A model generated the notes under the pieces. It did not search any database. It saw only the letters and a list, made by a program, of their open reading frames with translations, and had not been told where the DNA came from. The translations under genes and the position numbers were made by a program. Shown here one piece after another: positions 37,261-49,143 of a stretch of 64,000 nucleotides of DNA (positions are counted from its first letter, which is position 1; each line of letters opens with the position of its first letter). The DNA is from Selaginella moellendorffii (Eukaryota > Plantae > Lycopodiophyta): positions 838,771 to 902,770 of the forward strand of contig NW_003314338.1 of assembly GCF_000143415.4 (NCBI RefSeq). The letters are read 5' to 3'.

Positions 37261-37736
37261 CCCGATGTTCCATTCTCAGCCACTTCTTTCAGATACTTCA
37301 ATGCAGGACACTGCCAGCAAAAAGAAAAACATGTAGTAGTTAGAACCTGCTCGAAATCGAGTATCAGATCTTCTTTCACGGCGGGAAAATTCAGCTGCTT
37401 TTTTACCTTGTAAAAATTCTCCAATAAAACCTTGAAAAGGAACTTCAATCAGCCACGAAAGCATGGCAGCCTTACGCATAAAAAAAACAAGGACCTTGAT
37501 GAACATACCAGAAACCGTACAATATAAAGAACATTTGTTCAAGTCTCCCCAAAAACCAAGTTAGTTCGATCAATAATTGCGAAATCCTTACCTTCCCAGT
37601 ACAATAGAATGCTGATACAGGACTATAACAAAAAAGTATTATATAAGCGTACGGCAAAACAAAAACAAAACAAAAAGAAACCGTTATTCTCCAAACCAAA
37701 ACCAGCAAAGCCGAAGAATTTGCCACCGCTCTCAAC

Positions 37737-39379
<1,643 letters not shown>

Positions 39380-39509
39380 CGCCAAAATGCGACAAGCAAA
39401 TGCCAATTTATAGTATGTAGCCTAACTTCTATCCCGCGGAGTCGAACACGCTACTCCTTGCCAAGCACACGTCACGAGTTCCAATCCACTCTCTTTTCTT
39501 TTCTAACTT

Positions 39510-41787
39510 TCAGTATGTTTTTCTTCCATCCCCCTCCGTGATGATATCTTTGAACGAAGAACCGCCAGGAATCATCGGCAGGACGTGCTCCTGAGAGAAA
39601 AAAAATTTGGAAACTCTTTGAGCTATGGTCAATCGATCAACTGATAAGCACAAACCTGATGAGGAACAATCACGTCTAAAAGGTATGGCCCGGGAGTGTC
39701 AAGCATTTTCTGGATTGCTGCTTTGAGATTGGAGCGCTTTGTTACTCTAGCACAGGGAATCTAGCAAAGAGAAAGCTTTTAGAAAACGTACGGGAACAAT
39801 TCAGCAAACCTTGCATCCCTCGGCGAACTTCAGGAAGTCGGGAAAGATCTCGTCCTCGTGGTCAGGATCTCCAAGATAAGTGTGAGCCCTGTTTGCCTGG
39901 AGAAAGCACAGAGGTTAGAAAACGCTACTTAGTCTATCCGAAAGATTAAACCTTGTAGAATCTATCCTCCCACTGTACAACCATTCCCAAGTGCTGGTTG
40001 TTTAACACCATGATTTTCACGGGGAGTTTTTCCACGTGAATCGTCGCTAGCTCCTGAAATTACGAGCGGAGTACGTGAAATGAAAACGTTAAAGCTCGCA
40101 CCGACCTGGACATTCATGAGAAAACTTCCATCTCCATCGATGTCAATCACAGGAACGTCAGGGAAAGTCGCTGCAGCTCCAATCGCAGAAGGTAATCCAA
40201 AACCCATGGCTCCCAATCCTGTCGAGAAAAGTTGTGACACTCCGAAAAAAACAAGAGAAACAAACCTCCTGAAGTAAGCCATCTCCGAGGCTTGTCATAC
40301 TTGAACCATTGCGCCGCCCACATTTGATGCTGGCCAACCCCCGTAGAGATGATAGCATTTCCTTGAGTGATCTCGCACAGAGTTTGTATAGCGTGCTGAG
40401 GAGCAATGCAGTCGTCTCCAAACTCCACGTACTTCAATGGCCACTTGAGTTTCTGCTCCTCAAGCTCCGCTATCCAGCTTCCAACATCGGGTTTTACTTT
40501 CTGCTCCCTCAGCAGCAAGTTCAAGCTTTGAAGCGCTGGCTTTACGTCGGCACACAGCGAGACGTGAGGCTGCTTGTTCTTCCCAATCTCGGCCGGATCA
40601 ATGTCAATATGAACAATGCTGGCCCTGCTAGCGAATGCTTCCAGCTTGCCTGTTACTCGGTCGTCAAACCTCACCCCGAAAGCCAGAAGTAAGTCCGCTC
40701 CATCCACAGCGTAGTTTGCATAAACAGTCCCGTGCATTCCCAGCATATGCAGCGACCGCGAATCCGACTGTGGAAAAATCCCCAGTCCCATCAGCGTCAT
40801 CGTGATCGGGATCCCCGTGAGCTTCACAAACTCTCGGACTTCTTCGCTCGAGTTCATGCAACCTCCACCACAGTACACCACCGGCCTCTTCGAGTTTGCA
40901 ATCAGTCTCACGATCTGCTGGAGCTGCGCCACCTCCGGGAACCGAGGCAGCCTCTGCATGTAAGCGTTGAGCTTGATCGGCTGCGACCAATTCGGTATCG
41001 CAAACTGCTGCTGGACGTCCTTTGGAATGTCGACGAGAACCGGCCCCGGCCTTCCGGAGGAAGCCAAGAAAAAAGCCTCCTCGATCACCCGGGGTATGTC
41101 CTCCACGTTCATCACCAAATAGTTGTGCTTCGTGATGGATCGAGTGACTTCCACGATCGGAGTCTCCTGGAAAGCGTCGGTGCCGATCATCCTTCTCGGC
41201 ACTTGTCCCGTGATCGCCACCATTGGAACACTGTCAAGCGCAGCGTCGGCCAGGCCGGTGACAAGATTGGTCGCTCCAGGCCCCGACGTTGCTATGCAAA
41301 CTCCAACTTTCCCGGAAGCTTTTGCATAGCCCTCGGCAGCAAACACTTCGCCTTGCTCGTGGCGGCAGAGAACGTTCCTGATGCACGTAGAGCGAGTGAG
41401 AGCTTGATGGATTTCCATGGAAGCGCCGCCTGGATACGCGAAGACTATGTCCACGCCCTGCCTTTCCAGAGCCTCTACCAAGATGTCGGCCCCCTTTCTT
41501 GGCTCAGAATCGCCATAGCGCGACTGGAACAAGCTCGCTGGCGGCGATGCTTCGCTTTGCTTCCGAAATATCGTGCTTGAGCCTTGCGATTCCTTGACAA
41601 TCACTCTCGGCTCCTCAAACGGCTCTATCCCAGCCCGGATTCTACCCCTGCTGCTGGAAATGCCTCTCCGAATTGGAGAAATGAGCTCCGCCAACGAAAG
41701 ATTCTCCTCCGATCTTGAATTCAAGCCCGTGCTTCTGCGACATACCTGCATTGCAATCGCGCCTCCCGCAATGCCGGTGGCCGCCAT
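39510..41787 (-). CDS. ALS: Acetolactate synthase (AHAS) catalytic subunit; long first exon plus about 5 short 3' introns
   Basis: [15 protein letters not shown]; RHEQG; [17 protein letters not shown]; RFDDRVTGK; [10 protein letters not shown]; MVVQWEDRF; HVLPMIP...EGDGRKTY*. Confidence 0.97.
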
Positions 41788-41951
41788 CGCTGTGCTCTAA
41801 AACCCTATCCTCTCTCTGTTTTTAGGGTTCTTAGTTTGGTCTAACTAAGCATGAAAATCTCCATTCACTGTCCACCACGTGGACAGAACAAAAGCTCTCC
41901 CTTCCGAGCTACACGTTAGCTTTAGGGCTCCTCACGGAATGCGCGAAGATC
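41788..41951. promoter_or_regulatory. Putative bidirectional promoter between ALS and MEX1 (164 bp)
   Basis: Divergent ATGs; palindromic G-box CCACGTGG at 41875-41882; telo-box-like AAACCCTA/TAGGGTT motifs. Confidence 0.55.
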
Positions 41952-43737
41952 ATGGACGCGATTTCGATGCCGCATTCCTCGATCCGAGTTCCGCAATCTC
42001 TCCAGGTACTTCACAATCGCAGCGTGAATCGATCGAGAATGTTACTGATCGATTTCAAAATCGCGCTCTTTGTGTTCTTTCGCGATCGTAGATACTACAA
42101 AGGCGCCAGGGATACGATAAAATCTTGCCAGGCTCGCTCTGGAGCAGAGATCGAGCATCGAATCCACTTGTTGGAGCAAATGCCAGTCGATTGGGAGCTC
42201 CAAGATCATCTCCATTGCTCTCATTTATTCCAAAAAGAGGAGCGCCCGTGAGGTGCAGTGATACATCACCGACCACTTTTCACAGAGTAAGCGTTGGATC
42301 GATTTGATTGTGTCAAAGTTTCCTTCTTTCCTTTCTCACTCTTTTTGCGCAGCCAAACGATGAGAAGCTCGAGAACGAGACTTACAAATACTGGAACGCT
42401 ACCACTGAGCAGCTGGCTGGATCGGCTACTCTCGCGTTTTTATTACTACAACTTCCACAGACCATTCTCAATGCTCAAAACCTCATGGCCGGGAATAATA
42501 GTGCATTGTTTGCAGTCTCCTGGATGGTAAGATTTTCCTTTTGATCTTTTTCGAGTAACATTGTGTCGGATGGTGTTTGCTGTTTTGTAGAGCTTACTGA
42601 CGAGTCTCATGGGGAATCTATCGCTGCTTTCTTACTTCGTGATGAAGAAAGAGAATGGAGCCATGATCGTTCAAGCGGTCGGTGTTCTTTCAACTTACGT
42701 GGTTTTGGCCCAACTTGCGATAGCAGGTTCTATGCCATCAACAGTTTTTCTCGCGACGTCCATAGCTGTGATAGTCGGCTATGTTATCAATTTTCTTAAC
42801 TACAAAGGGTATCTGAGAAGCGAGCTTTGGAAACTTTGGCAAGATATCATCAGCGTTGGAGGGGTTTCGGTCCTCTCACAAGTGAGTTTGAAGATGCTAC
42901 CATTTTTTCGTCTTAGCTTTTCCTTGATTCAGGTAATGTGGTCAACATTTGAGCCATTTCTTCCGTCGACGATACTGCCGGGAGTCTTTGCTTTTGTTAC
43001 CACCTTAACACTGATCATACAGGTGACAAAAAACTTTCAAAACTTTGAGACGTGATAAGAGCTGGTTGAACTTGCAGGATCGTAAAGGAAAACTATCAGA
43101 GCCTTTGCACAAATTCGTTGGCGGCCTTGCTGCTTGGTCCGCTACTCTACTTTTTATGTGGAGTCCCGTCGCTCAAATGGTAAAGACATCACAGCCTCGT
43201 CGCTAGCTACTTAATCCACGACTAATTTTGCAGTGGACAAACATCACAAATCCTGCGAATCTACGAGGCCTTTCTGTGATCACCGTGCTTCTAGCTATGA
43301 TCGGGAACAGCCTGCTACTTCCGCGCGCGCTCTTCACTCGAGACTCCATGTGGTACGCCTCGGCTGCCTCCAAATCCAAGTATCATCAAACTTTACTGTC
43401 GCTTCTTTCCAAAGGTTTACAGGGTCGTCGTGGGGAGCTTTGGTTCAAGGATGGGGCCTGTTGCTCAGCATGTATGTGTAAGTTTCTCCGTGCTTGGATT
43501 TCTTTTTCCAAGCTAAAGTTTCGATTCTCCAGATACGAGTGCGTAAGTGGGTCTGTATTCTTCGGCATTACTGCTGGATTGGCATTTTGGATAGGTACTG
43601 TGCTTCCAAGTTCACTCCAAATATTTTTTCTCATGAACGATCACACAGGAAACATGCTCGTCATGGACTCCAAGGCAAATTCTTTGAGCTCTCCTTTCAC
43701 GCCACTCGCGGAGCTAGTAAGCTCAACCCGGGAGTAA
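41952..43737 (+). CDS. MEX1: Plastid maltose exporter (MEX1/RCP1-like)
   Basis: FLLLQLPQTILNAQNLMAGN.SALFAVSW; GNLSLLSYF; WQDIISVGG.SVL.QVMWSTF; WTN..NPANLRGLS; LAMIGNSLLLPRALFTRDSMW. Confidence 0.93.
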
Positions 43738-43785
43738 GAAATGCTGTTAATCTTCTCTAACGCCTGTTAACAAAATAAAGGCATC

Positions 43786-43874
43786 CCGTTATAATTCGTA
43801 ACGGGGTTTTGGGCGGGAACTCATCTCAGCCGTCCGTTGGCGATCCGCGTCTGGGCGGGAAATGGAAGTATAAA
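43786..43874 (+). promoter_or_regulatory. Cell-cycle element cluster in the HMGB promoter
   Basis: E2F-like GGCGGGAA twice (43812, 43854); histone octamer GATCCGCG (43842-43849); AACGG/CCGTT cores (43786, 43800, 43834); TATAAA (43869). Confidence 0.55.
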
Positions 43875-44029
43875 GTTTGTGTGTTTTCCTCGACCTAGGG
43901 AAGGCTTTCGTTTCGTCCCTCTTTTATTTTCGAGAGAGAAGTTCTAGGCGCTCATCAGGTACTCTCCTCCATTCTCTTCGATCGTCTGGCTCGTCTCTCT
44001 CACATCGATCGACTCGCAGGGTTCTAGCG

Positions 44030-44784
44030 ATGAAGGGAATCAACAGCGTCGTGTCAGCGCCAGCGATTGTCCCAGCGACGAAGTAATATTTCGGATCTTT
44101 CTCTTCTTCGCTCTCGCCTGATCGATCTGGATCTCTCTTCTGGCAGGGACAGCAAGCGAAAGCCAGCCGCGGCGTCCAAAGAGAAGAAGCCGAAGAAGGC
44201 CAAGGGGGTCGCCGCCAAGAAAGATCCAAATCTCCCAAAGAGGCCGCCGACGCCTTTCTTTCTCTTCATGTAAGGGCTGGTCGATCGATATCGCGATGGT
44301 TTCTCACGATCCGGCTCGTTTTCCAGGTCGGAGTTCAGGCAAGAATACAAGAAAGCGAACCCCGACGTCAAGGGTGTCGGTGCCGTAAGTTCTCTATTCT
44401 TCGACATGCTTTCTTTCTAGCTAGGAATTTACTATCGATTGGCAGGTCGCCAAGGCTGGCGGAGAGAAATGGAAGAGCATGACGGACAATGTAAGTCTTT
44501 CTTTAACATCGTCGTAGGTTTTTACTTGTTCATTGTTTTCCACGGTCTCCAGGACAAGAAAGCCTACACGAACAAGGCCGCGTTGCTGAAAGCCGCGTAC
44601 GCGAAGGATCTCGCAGAGTACGAGGAGACCCAGACTGCCGAAGGATCTGGAGAGACGAAATCGGAGATGACAGAGGATGCCGATCAGAGCACGCTGGTAA
44701 GAAGTCTTTACGAAATTCTAGGATCTTCCATTGTTTTATTGCATCGTTCTCGTTTTCACGATTCCTTTCCAGGACGACATGTAA
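44030..44784 (+). CDS. HMGB: High mobility group B protein
   Basis: Basic N-tail; KDPNLPKRPPTPFFLFM.EFRQEYKKANP; AKAGGEKWKSMTD; acidic tail. Confidence 0.92.
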
Positions 44785-45188
44785 ACAGAATGAGCTAGTA
44801 GACTACCTGTACACTGTGCATAGCTAGCTAGTAGCTCGCAACGATGTCGCAGTTTGTGTAAACATTTCTCGTTTACTTGCTCAATTTCACGAGTAAGAAA
44901 ATTTTCCTTACCACTTACCGTCAGCGCTGTCCAAAGAGGAGAAGCTTTCGAGAAGGAATCTAGTCGTCTTTGGAGTTGAACTGTCTGTACATCGTGGCTT
45001 CTAACGTCAGCACAGCAAAGCGTGCCTGCAACTTATAACTGGTTAGCAAACTTTTCACGTTAAGTTTTATGCTTGTTTGCTGTTGTCCCAAGCTTACGCC
45101 CATCTTCCGTGCTTACAGGTCGAGTCGGAGCTTATGAACAGTTCTGAAACGTTCTGCCTATCGCAAGTACACTGATGCTGCGATTCCT

Positions 45189-46640
45189 TTAGTAATCAGA
45201 AGGATTCGGTTCAATCCCCGGTAACAAGATTCCCTTGACTTTGGCTAGTCTACACGCATCGCTGGTAACCTTCTCCTTCTCCACCCATAGTTTGTTCAAG
45301 CTCGGGCAACCGGCTAACACCATTGCTACGCCCGCAGGACTAATCCCGTCACAGCTTGTGATCACCAGGTTCGAGAGTGCCCGGCATTTCTGTCCTATAA
45401 ACTCGAGGGTGGCATCCGTCACCTTCCGGCACCTACGCAGTCTCAAGTGGATCAACCTGTCCCCGCTCGAGTGCAGCAGTCCCGTGATCTCTCTATCCGC
45501 CAGGTGGTCATTCTCGGAAACGTCCAACCGCCGGAGACTCTTGAGATCCTGCCCGAGGTAAGCCAAAGTTCCCGTGTCCTGGACGATGGCCCGGCACCGT
45601 ATTAACACCAGCTCTTCCAGGCTCGACTTCATCTGCGTGCCGAGGAGCTTGAAGCCGTTCCCGGTTCCCATCCAGCAGCTATACAGGCGCAGTATCTTCA
45701 GCGACAGGCAGTTCTGCGCAATGATCGCGAGGTCCTCGTTAAACAAATCCAGCGGCAGCCGCAACTCCAGAGTCTCGAGCGACTGGCAGCTGCGAACGAT
45801 GCGGTGCAAGCCGTTCATGTCCCCGCCATCCATGAAGATGAGAACCTTGAGCCCGTGGCAGACCTCGGCAACCATGAGCAGCACCTGGGTGGCGATACAC
45901 CGGCAGCGTCTCAGCCGAAGCTCCTGGAGATTGGGCAGGCACCAGGCCAGCGACGCGATGTCCGAGTCTCCAATCCCCTGGCAGCCGAAGAACTCGAGGC
46001 GGCGGAGCTTGTGGCAGCTCCGCCATAGCCACCCGAGCCCACTGTTCCTGGCGCCGATGCCCTCGACGCAGAGCTTGTCCAGCGGGAGATCGCCGTCGGG
46101 GACGCCAGCCAGGTCGGAGCTGTCGCCGCTGAGGCAGCCGGTGAGCGAGAGCTCGGACAGGGACCGGAACTCGTTGAGCACGGGCAAGTGCTGAGTCGCC
46201 AGCGCGACGAGCTCCAGGGAGACGAGGCAATTGCATGCTCGGGCCAGGGGCTCCAGGCCGGAGCTGGTGACGGGGCCGGCGAGGAAGCGGAGCTCGCGCA
46301 GCAGTGGACAGGAGGACGCCATCGCCGAGAGGATGAGGTCCAGCGCCTGGGAGTCATGCTGGTCGCCCTCGGAGACGACGGCGAGGGAGACGAGGTGGGA
46401 GTACCTGTGGAAGAGGGCGTGGATGGAGGAGCACAAGGAGAGGATGGTGGAGGGGTCGGGGACGCAGAGGCCGAGCTTGGTTTTGATCCGGCCCTCGAGG
46501 GAGAGCCATCTCTTGCAGACGAGGGTGGCGGATTTGCGGTCTTGGGTGGAGTGGAGGCGGGAGAGGATCTCGGACAGGAGCTCGTCGCAGAGGAGGGTGT
46601 TGATGAGGTCGCCGGGCTCGTCGCGGGTAAAGTGGCCCAT
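45189..46640 (-). CDS. F-box/LRR-repeat protein, intronless, 483 aa
   Basis: F-box LCDELLSEILSRL...DRKSATLVCKRWL followed by Cys-containing LRRs (CHKLRRLEFFGCQGIGD; LRLRRCRKVTD). Confidence 0.92.
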   Translation of the reverse strand: MGHFTRDEPGDLINTLLCDELLSEILSRLHSTQDRKSATLVCKRWLSLEGRIKTKLGLCVPDPSTILSLCSSIHALFHRYSHLVSLAVVSEGDQHDSQALDLILSAMASSCPLLRELRFLAGPVTSSGLEPLARACNCLVSLELVALATQHLPVLNEFRSLSELSLTGCLSGDSSDLAGVPDGDLPLDKLCVEGIGARNSGLGWLWRSCHKLRRLEFFGCQGIGDSDIASLAWCLPNLQELRLRRCRCIATQVLLMVAEVCHGLKVLIFMDGGDMNGLHRIVRSCQSLETLELRLPLDLFNEDLAIIAQNCLSLKILRLYSCWMGTGNGFKLLGTQMKSSLEELVLIRCRAIVQDTGTLAYLGQDLKSLRRLDVSENDHLADREITGLLHSSGDRLIHLRLRRCRKVTDATLEFIGQKCRALSNLVITSCDGISPAGVAMVLAGCPSLNKLWVEKEKVTSDACRLAKVKGILLPGIEPNPSDY

Positions 46641-46967
46641 AAAGAGAGAGAGAGAGGTATCGTCCTATCTATCTATCCATCCATCCATTTTCTCTTTCTC
46701 TCTTCTCTCTATCTAATCTAACCGTGTTTGTGTGATGTTCTTCTACCTATTGCGCTTGGCGAGGAAGGGAAGGAAGAAGACGAGAGGCCCCAAAATGCGA
46801 GCGGAAGAATGGGGAATTTTTACGTGCCTGACACGTGTCGGGATCGTGGATCCGACGGACAGACGCGTCTTTTGATGTTGCCGGGATCGATCTCTCGCTT
46901 TGCCGCCAGGAATTGATAGAATATGCTTTCCCAAATTTTTTGCGCATATTCCAAGCACAAAAGGGTT

Positions 46968-47010
46968 TGGCCCATGCAGGTTCGAACCTATTACCTTGGA
47001 GTTATTAGCA
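46968..47010 (-). pseudogene. 3' half of a tRNA-Ile(AAT)-like sequence
   Basis: Minus strand reads tgctaataac...aaggt..aggttcgaacctgcatgggcca; the 5' half is missing. Confidence 0.6.
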
Positions 47011-47101
47011 TTAATTTAGAAATTTCAAGGAAAAATTATTTGTATAATAAGAAACAAAATTAGAACTGTTTATGGTAATTATTTTCATGAGCTTATGAGC
47101 T

Positions 47102-49018
47102 TTACAAACCATGGATGACACTTGGCTTCCAATCCTCAGCTAGAAGGCTTGATATGTCCTCGGAGCTGGTGTACCGGCCGATGGCTCCTTGGTCGAGCAA
47201 CTCAAGCAGTGCGGGAGACTTGATGCATCGGGGGGTCTTGTACTGGCTGGCTGAAGCTCCGCTCTCGATCGCTTTCTCCATGAGTTTCTCAAACGTCCCT
47301 TGCTTCACAGTCACCAGTTCCAGCGCTCCCAGAGTCTTGTCCACCCTTCCAACCAGGTAAGCGGCATTGAACCCTCTATCCAGGGCATTGCACGAATCCC
47401 TCAGCTCCTCATGCCTGGAGTTATCCCCATCGTTCTTGAGCTCCCAGTAGATCACGTAGTGTGGACGTTCCTTGGTAGCGAAATCAGCGCAGCTGGTGAA
47501 GTTTGCGATCTCCAGGGGACCGGCACTGCCCATGACAACCTTTTGGAGTTCTTGTTCGTCAACCTTCTCCGCATTGATGCTCAGCACGGCGTTCTTGCGA
47601 TAGGAGAAAGCGACGATGGGCGACTCGTGGTGGAATCCGGTCACTTTGACAACATCTCCAATCCTGTAGCGATACAATCCTGGAAGAGATAAAAGAAAAG
47701 AAAAGATCTTTGCATGAACAAAGAAAGGCTGACCTTCAAACGTAGTCACCACAAGTTCATATTGCTTTCCCACTTGAAGGTCCTTAAAACCAAGAGTCTC
47801 TCCTTGCTGATGATCAGGAACTTCTTCCGGATCGACCGGAATGAACTCGAAGAACATAGTGTAGGGGATGAGCGTGAAAACAACTTCCTCCGGGGGAGTG
47901 GCAGGCCGCATATTGATTCCAAGGTAACCCTCCGACGCAGAGTAGTCAAATCCCACAATCGCCAACTTATCTCCAGCGTACTTCTTGAGCACAGGAATGT
48001 AAGGTTCCATGGCACCAGTTACAACCGTGTGCACGTATTTGGCTCTCGGCCAAAGCAGCGGAAGCAAACCAGACCATCTCGATTCTTTGCTTGTGACGAA
48101 GATCTCCGAGATCTCCCTTGCAACTTGCGACGAATCCTTACCTCTGAGCTCGCGCTCCATGAGCTTCAAGACCGGCACCCTGAGCTTTTCATCCGTGACC
48201 TTGCTCTCGCTCACACGCCGAGCGGATATGTCCTCGCATAGAATCTTCCAGTCGCTCTCGAGAAGCCTGAACGCCTCACTGAGCGTGTAGGCAAAGGTTG
48301 CGTGTATGAACTCAATCTTGTGGCGCTGGACGAGGCCGCAGAGTAAGTGGCAGTAAGTCGTTTGCTGCCAATCCGATCCGGCAAGCAGCGCCTCGTACGG
48401 AGTGGCGAGAGTTTCCGCCTCTTGGTTGTACGCTTCGCTCTTGTAGTAGTTTGTTGATCCGGCTCCTAGTAACAGGCCAGACTTGGCCTTATACTGTTCT
48501 CCGGAATACACAAAGTGCAGTCCAATGGGTTTGGTGCTCTCCAGCGGGAAGACTCTGGCAAAGATCCGGTCAAGCTTATATGCACCAACATAGATTCTTA
48601 CTCGTCTCTATAAGCATTCGAGGATGCGTAAGCTCTGGCTAGCAAAGAGTATCCACAGTTTGTCTGCGGTAAGATCTTATGCTTGCCAGACGACGTCCCT
48701 GAGCTGGATTCATGGCGCGCATTCGAAACATTAACTAAAGATAGGAAGAGAATATAAAAGATCGTACCTAAATGAAAAGTATAGAATCGGATCGCAGCCC
48801 AAGAGGAGGTGAGAAGTTCCATGATCAGCTATCTGTTGGAGTTCTGGAGAAATGTTGTCGTAGGAGATGATTGGAAGCTGAGTCTTGAAGGATTTCAAAC
48901 ACAGAGGCTGCCCGAACCTTTGTAGATAGTGGCAGCTGCCATTTCTCTGCAAAATTTGGACGAGTGCCTCCTCCTGGGCTTGCACCGCATTCTTGCACAC
49001 AGCCTCAAAGTCCTCCAT
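47102..49018 (-). CDS. GH3: GH3 acyl-acid amido synthetase
   Basis: Motif I SSGTSSGKHK; motif II YSASEG; motif III GLYRYRIGD; SINAEKVDE; HYVIYWE; QYKTPRCI. The in-frame stretch near 47680-47733 is probably an intron. Confidence 0.93.
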
Positions 49019-49143
49019 GAGAATAACGTGGCTTCATCCTCCCTGTTCTTTATAGTGCCAATGCGTTAGTTTGGGTCATAAAAAAGCTTGCACAGGGGCA
49101 CATGTTTTGACTTTAAGGCTGTTCTCTTTTATTTACAACACAC

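Noticed and set aside
39540-39590. ALS has Gly at the position matching Arabidopsis Ser653 (MIPGGSSF)
   Set aside because: Small residues vary naturally at this site and the other resistance positions (A122, P197, A205, D376, W574 equivalents) look wild type, so no resistance claim is supportable.
40309-41800. Long + strand ORFs (e.g. 40732-41580)
   Set aside because: Antisense shadows of the GC-rich ALS exon.
45235-46721. Several long + strand ORFs
   Set aside because: Antisense shadows of the GC-rich F-box gene.
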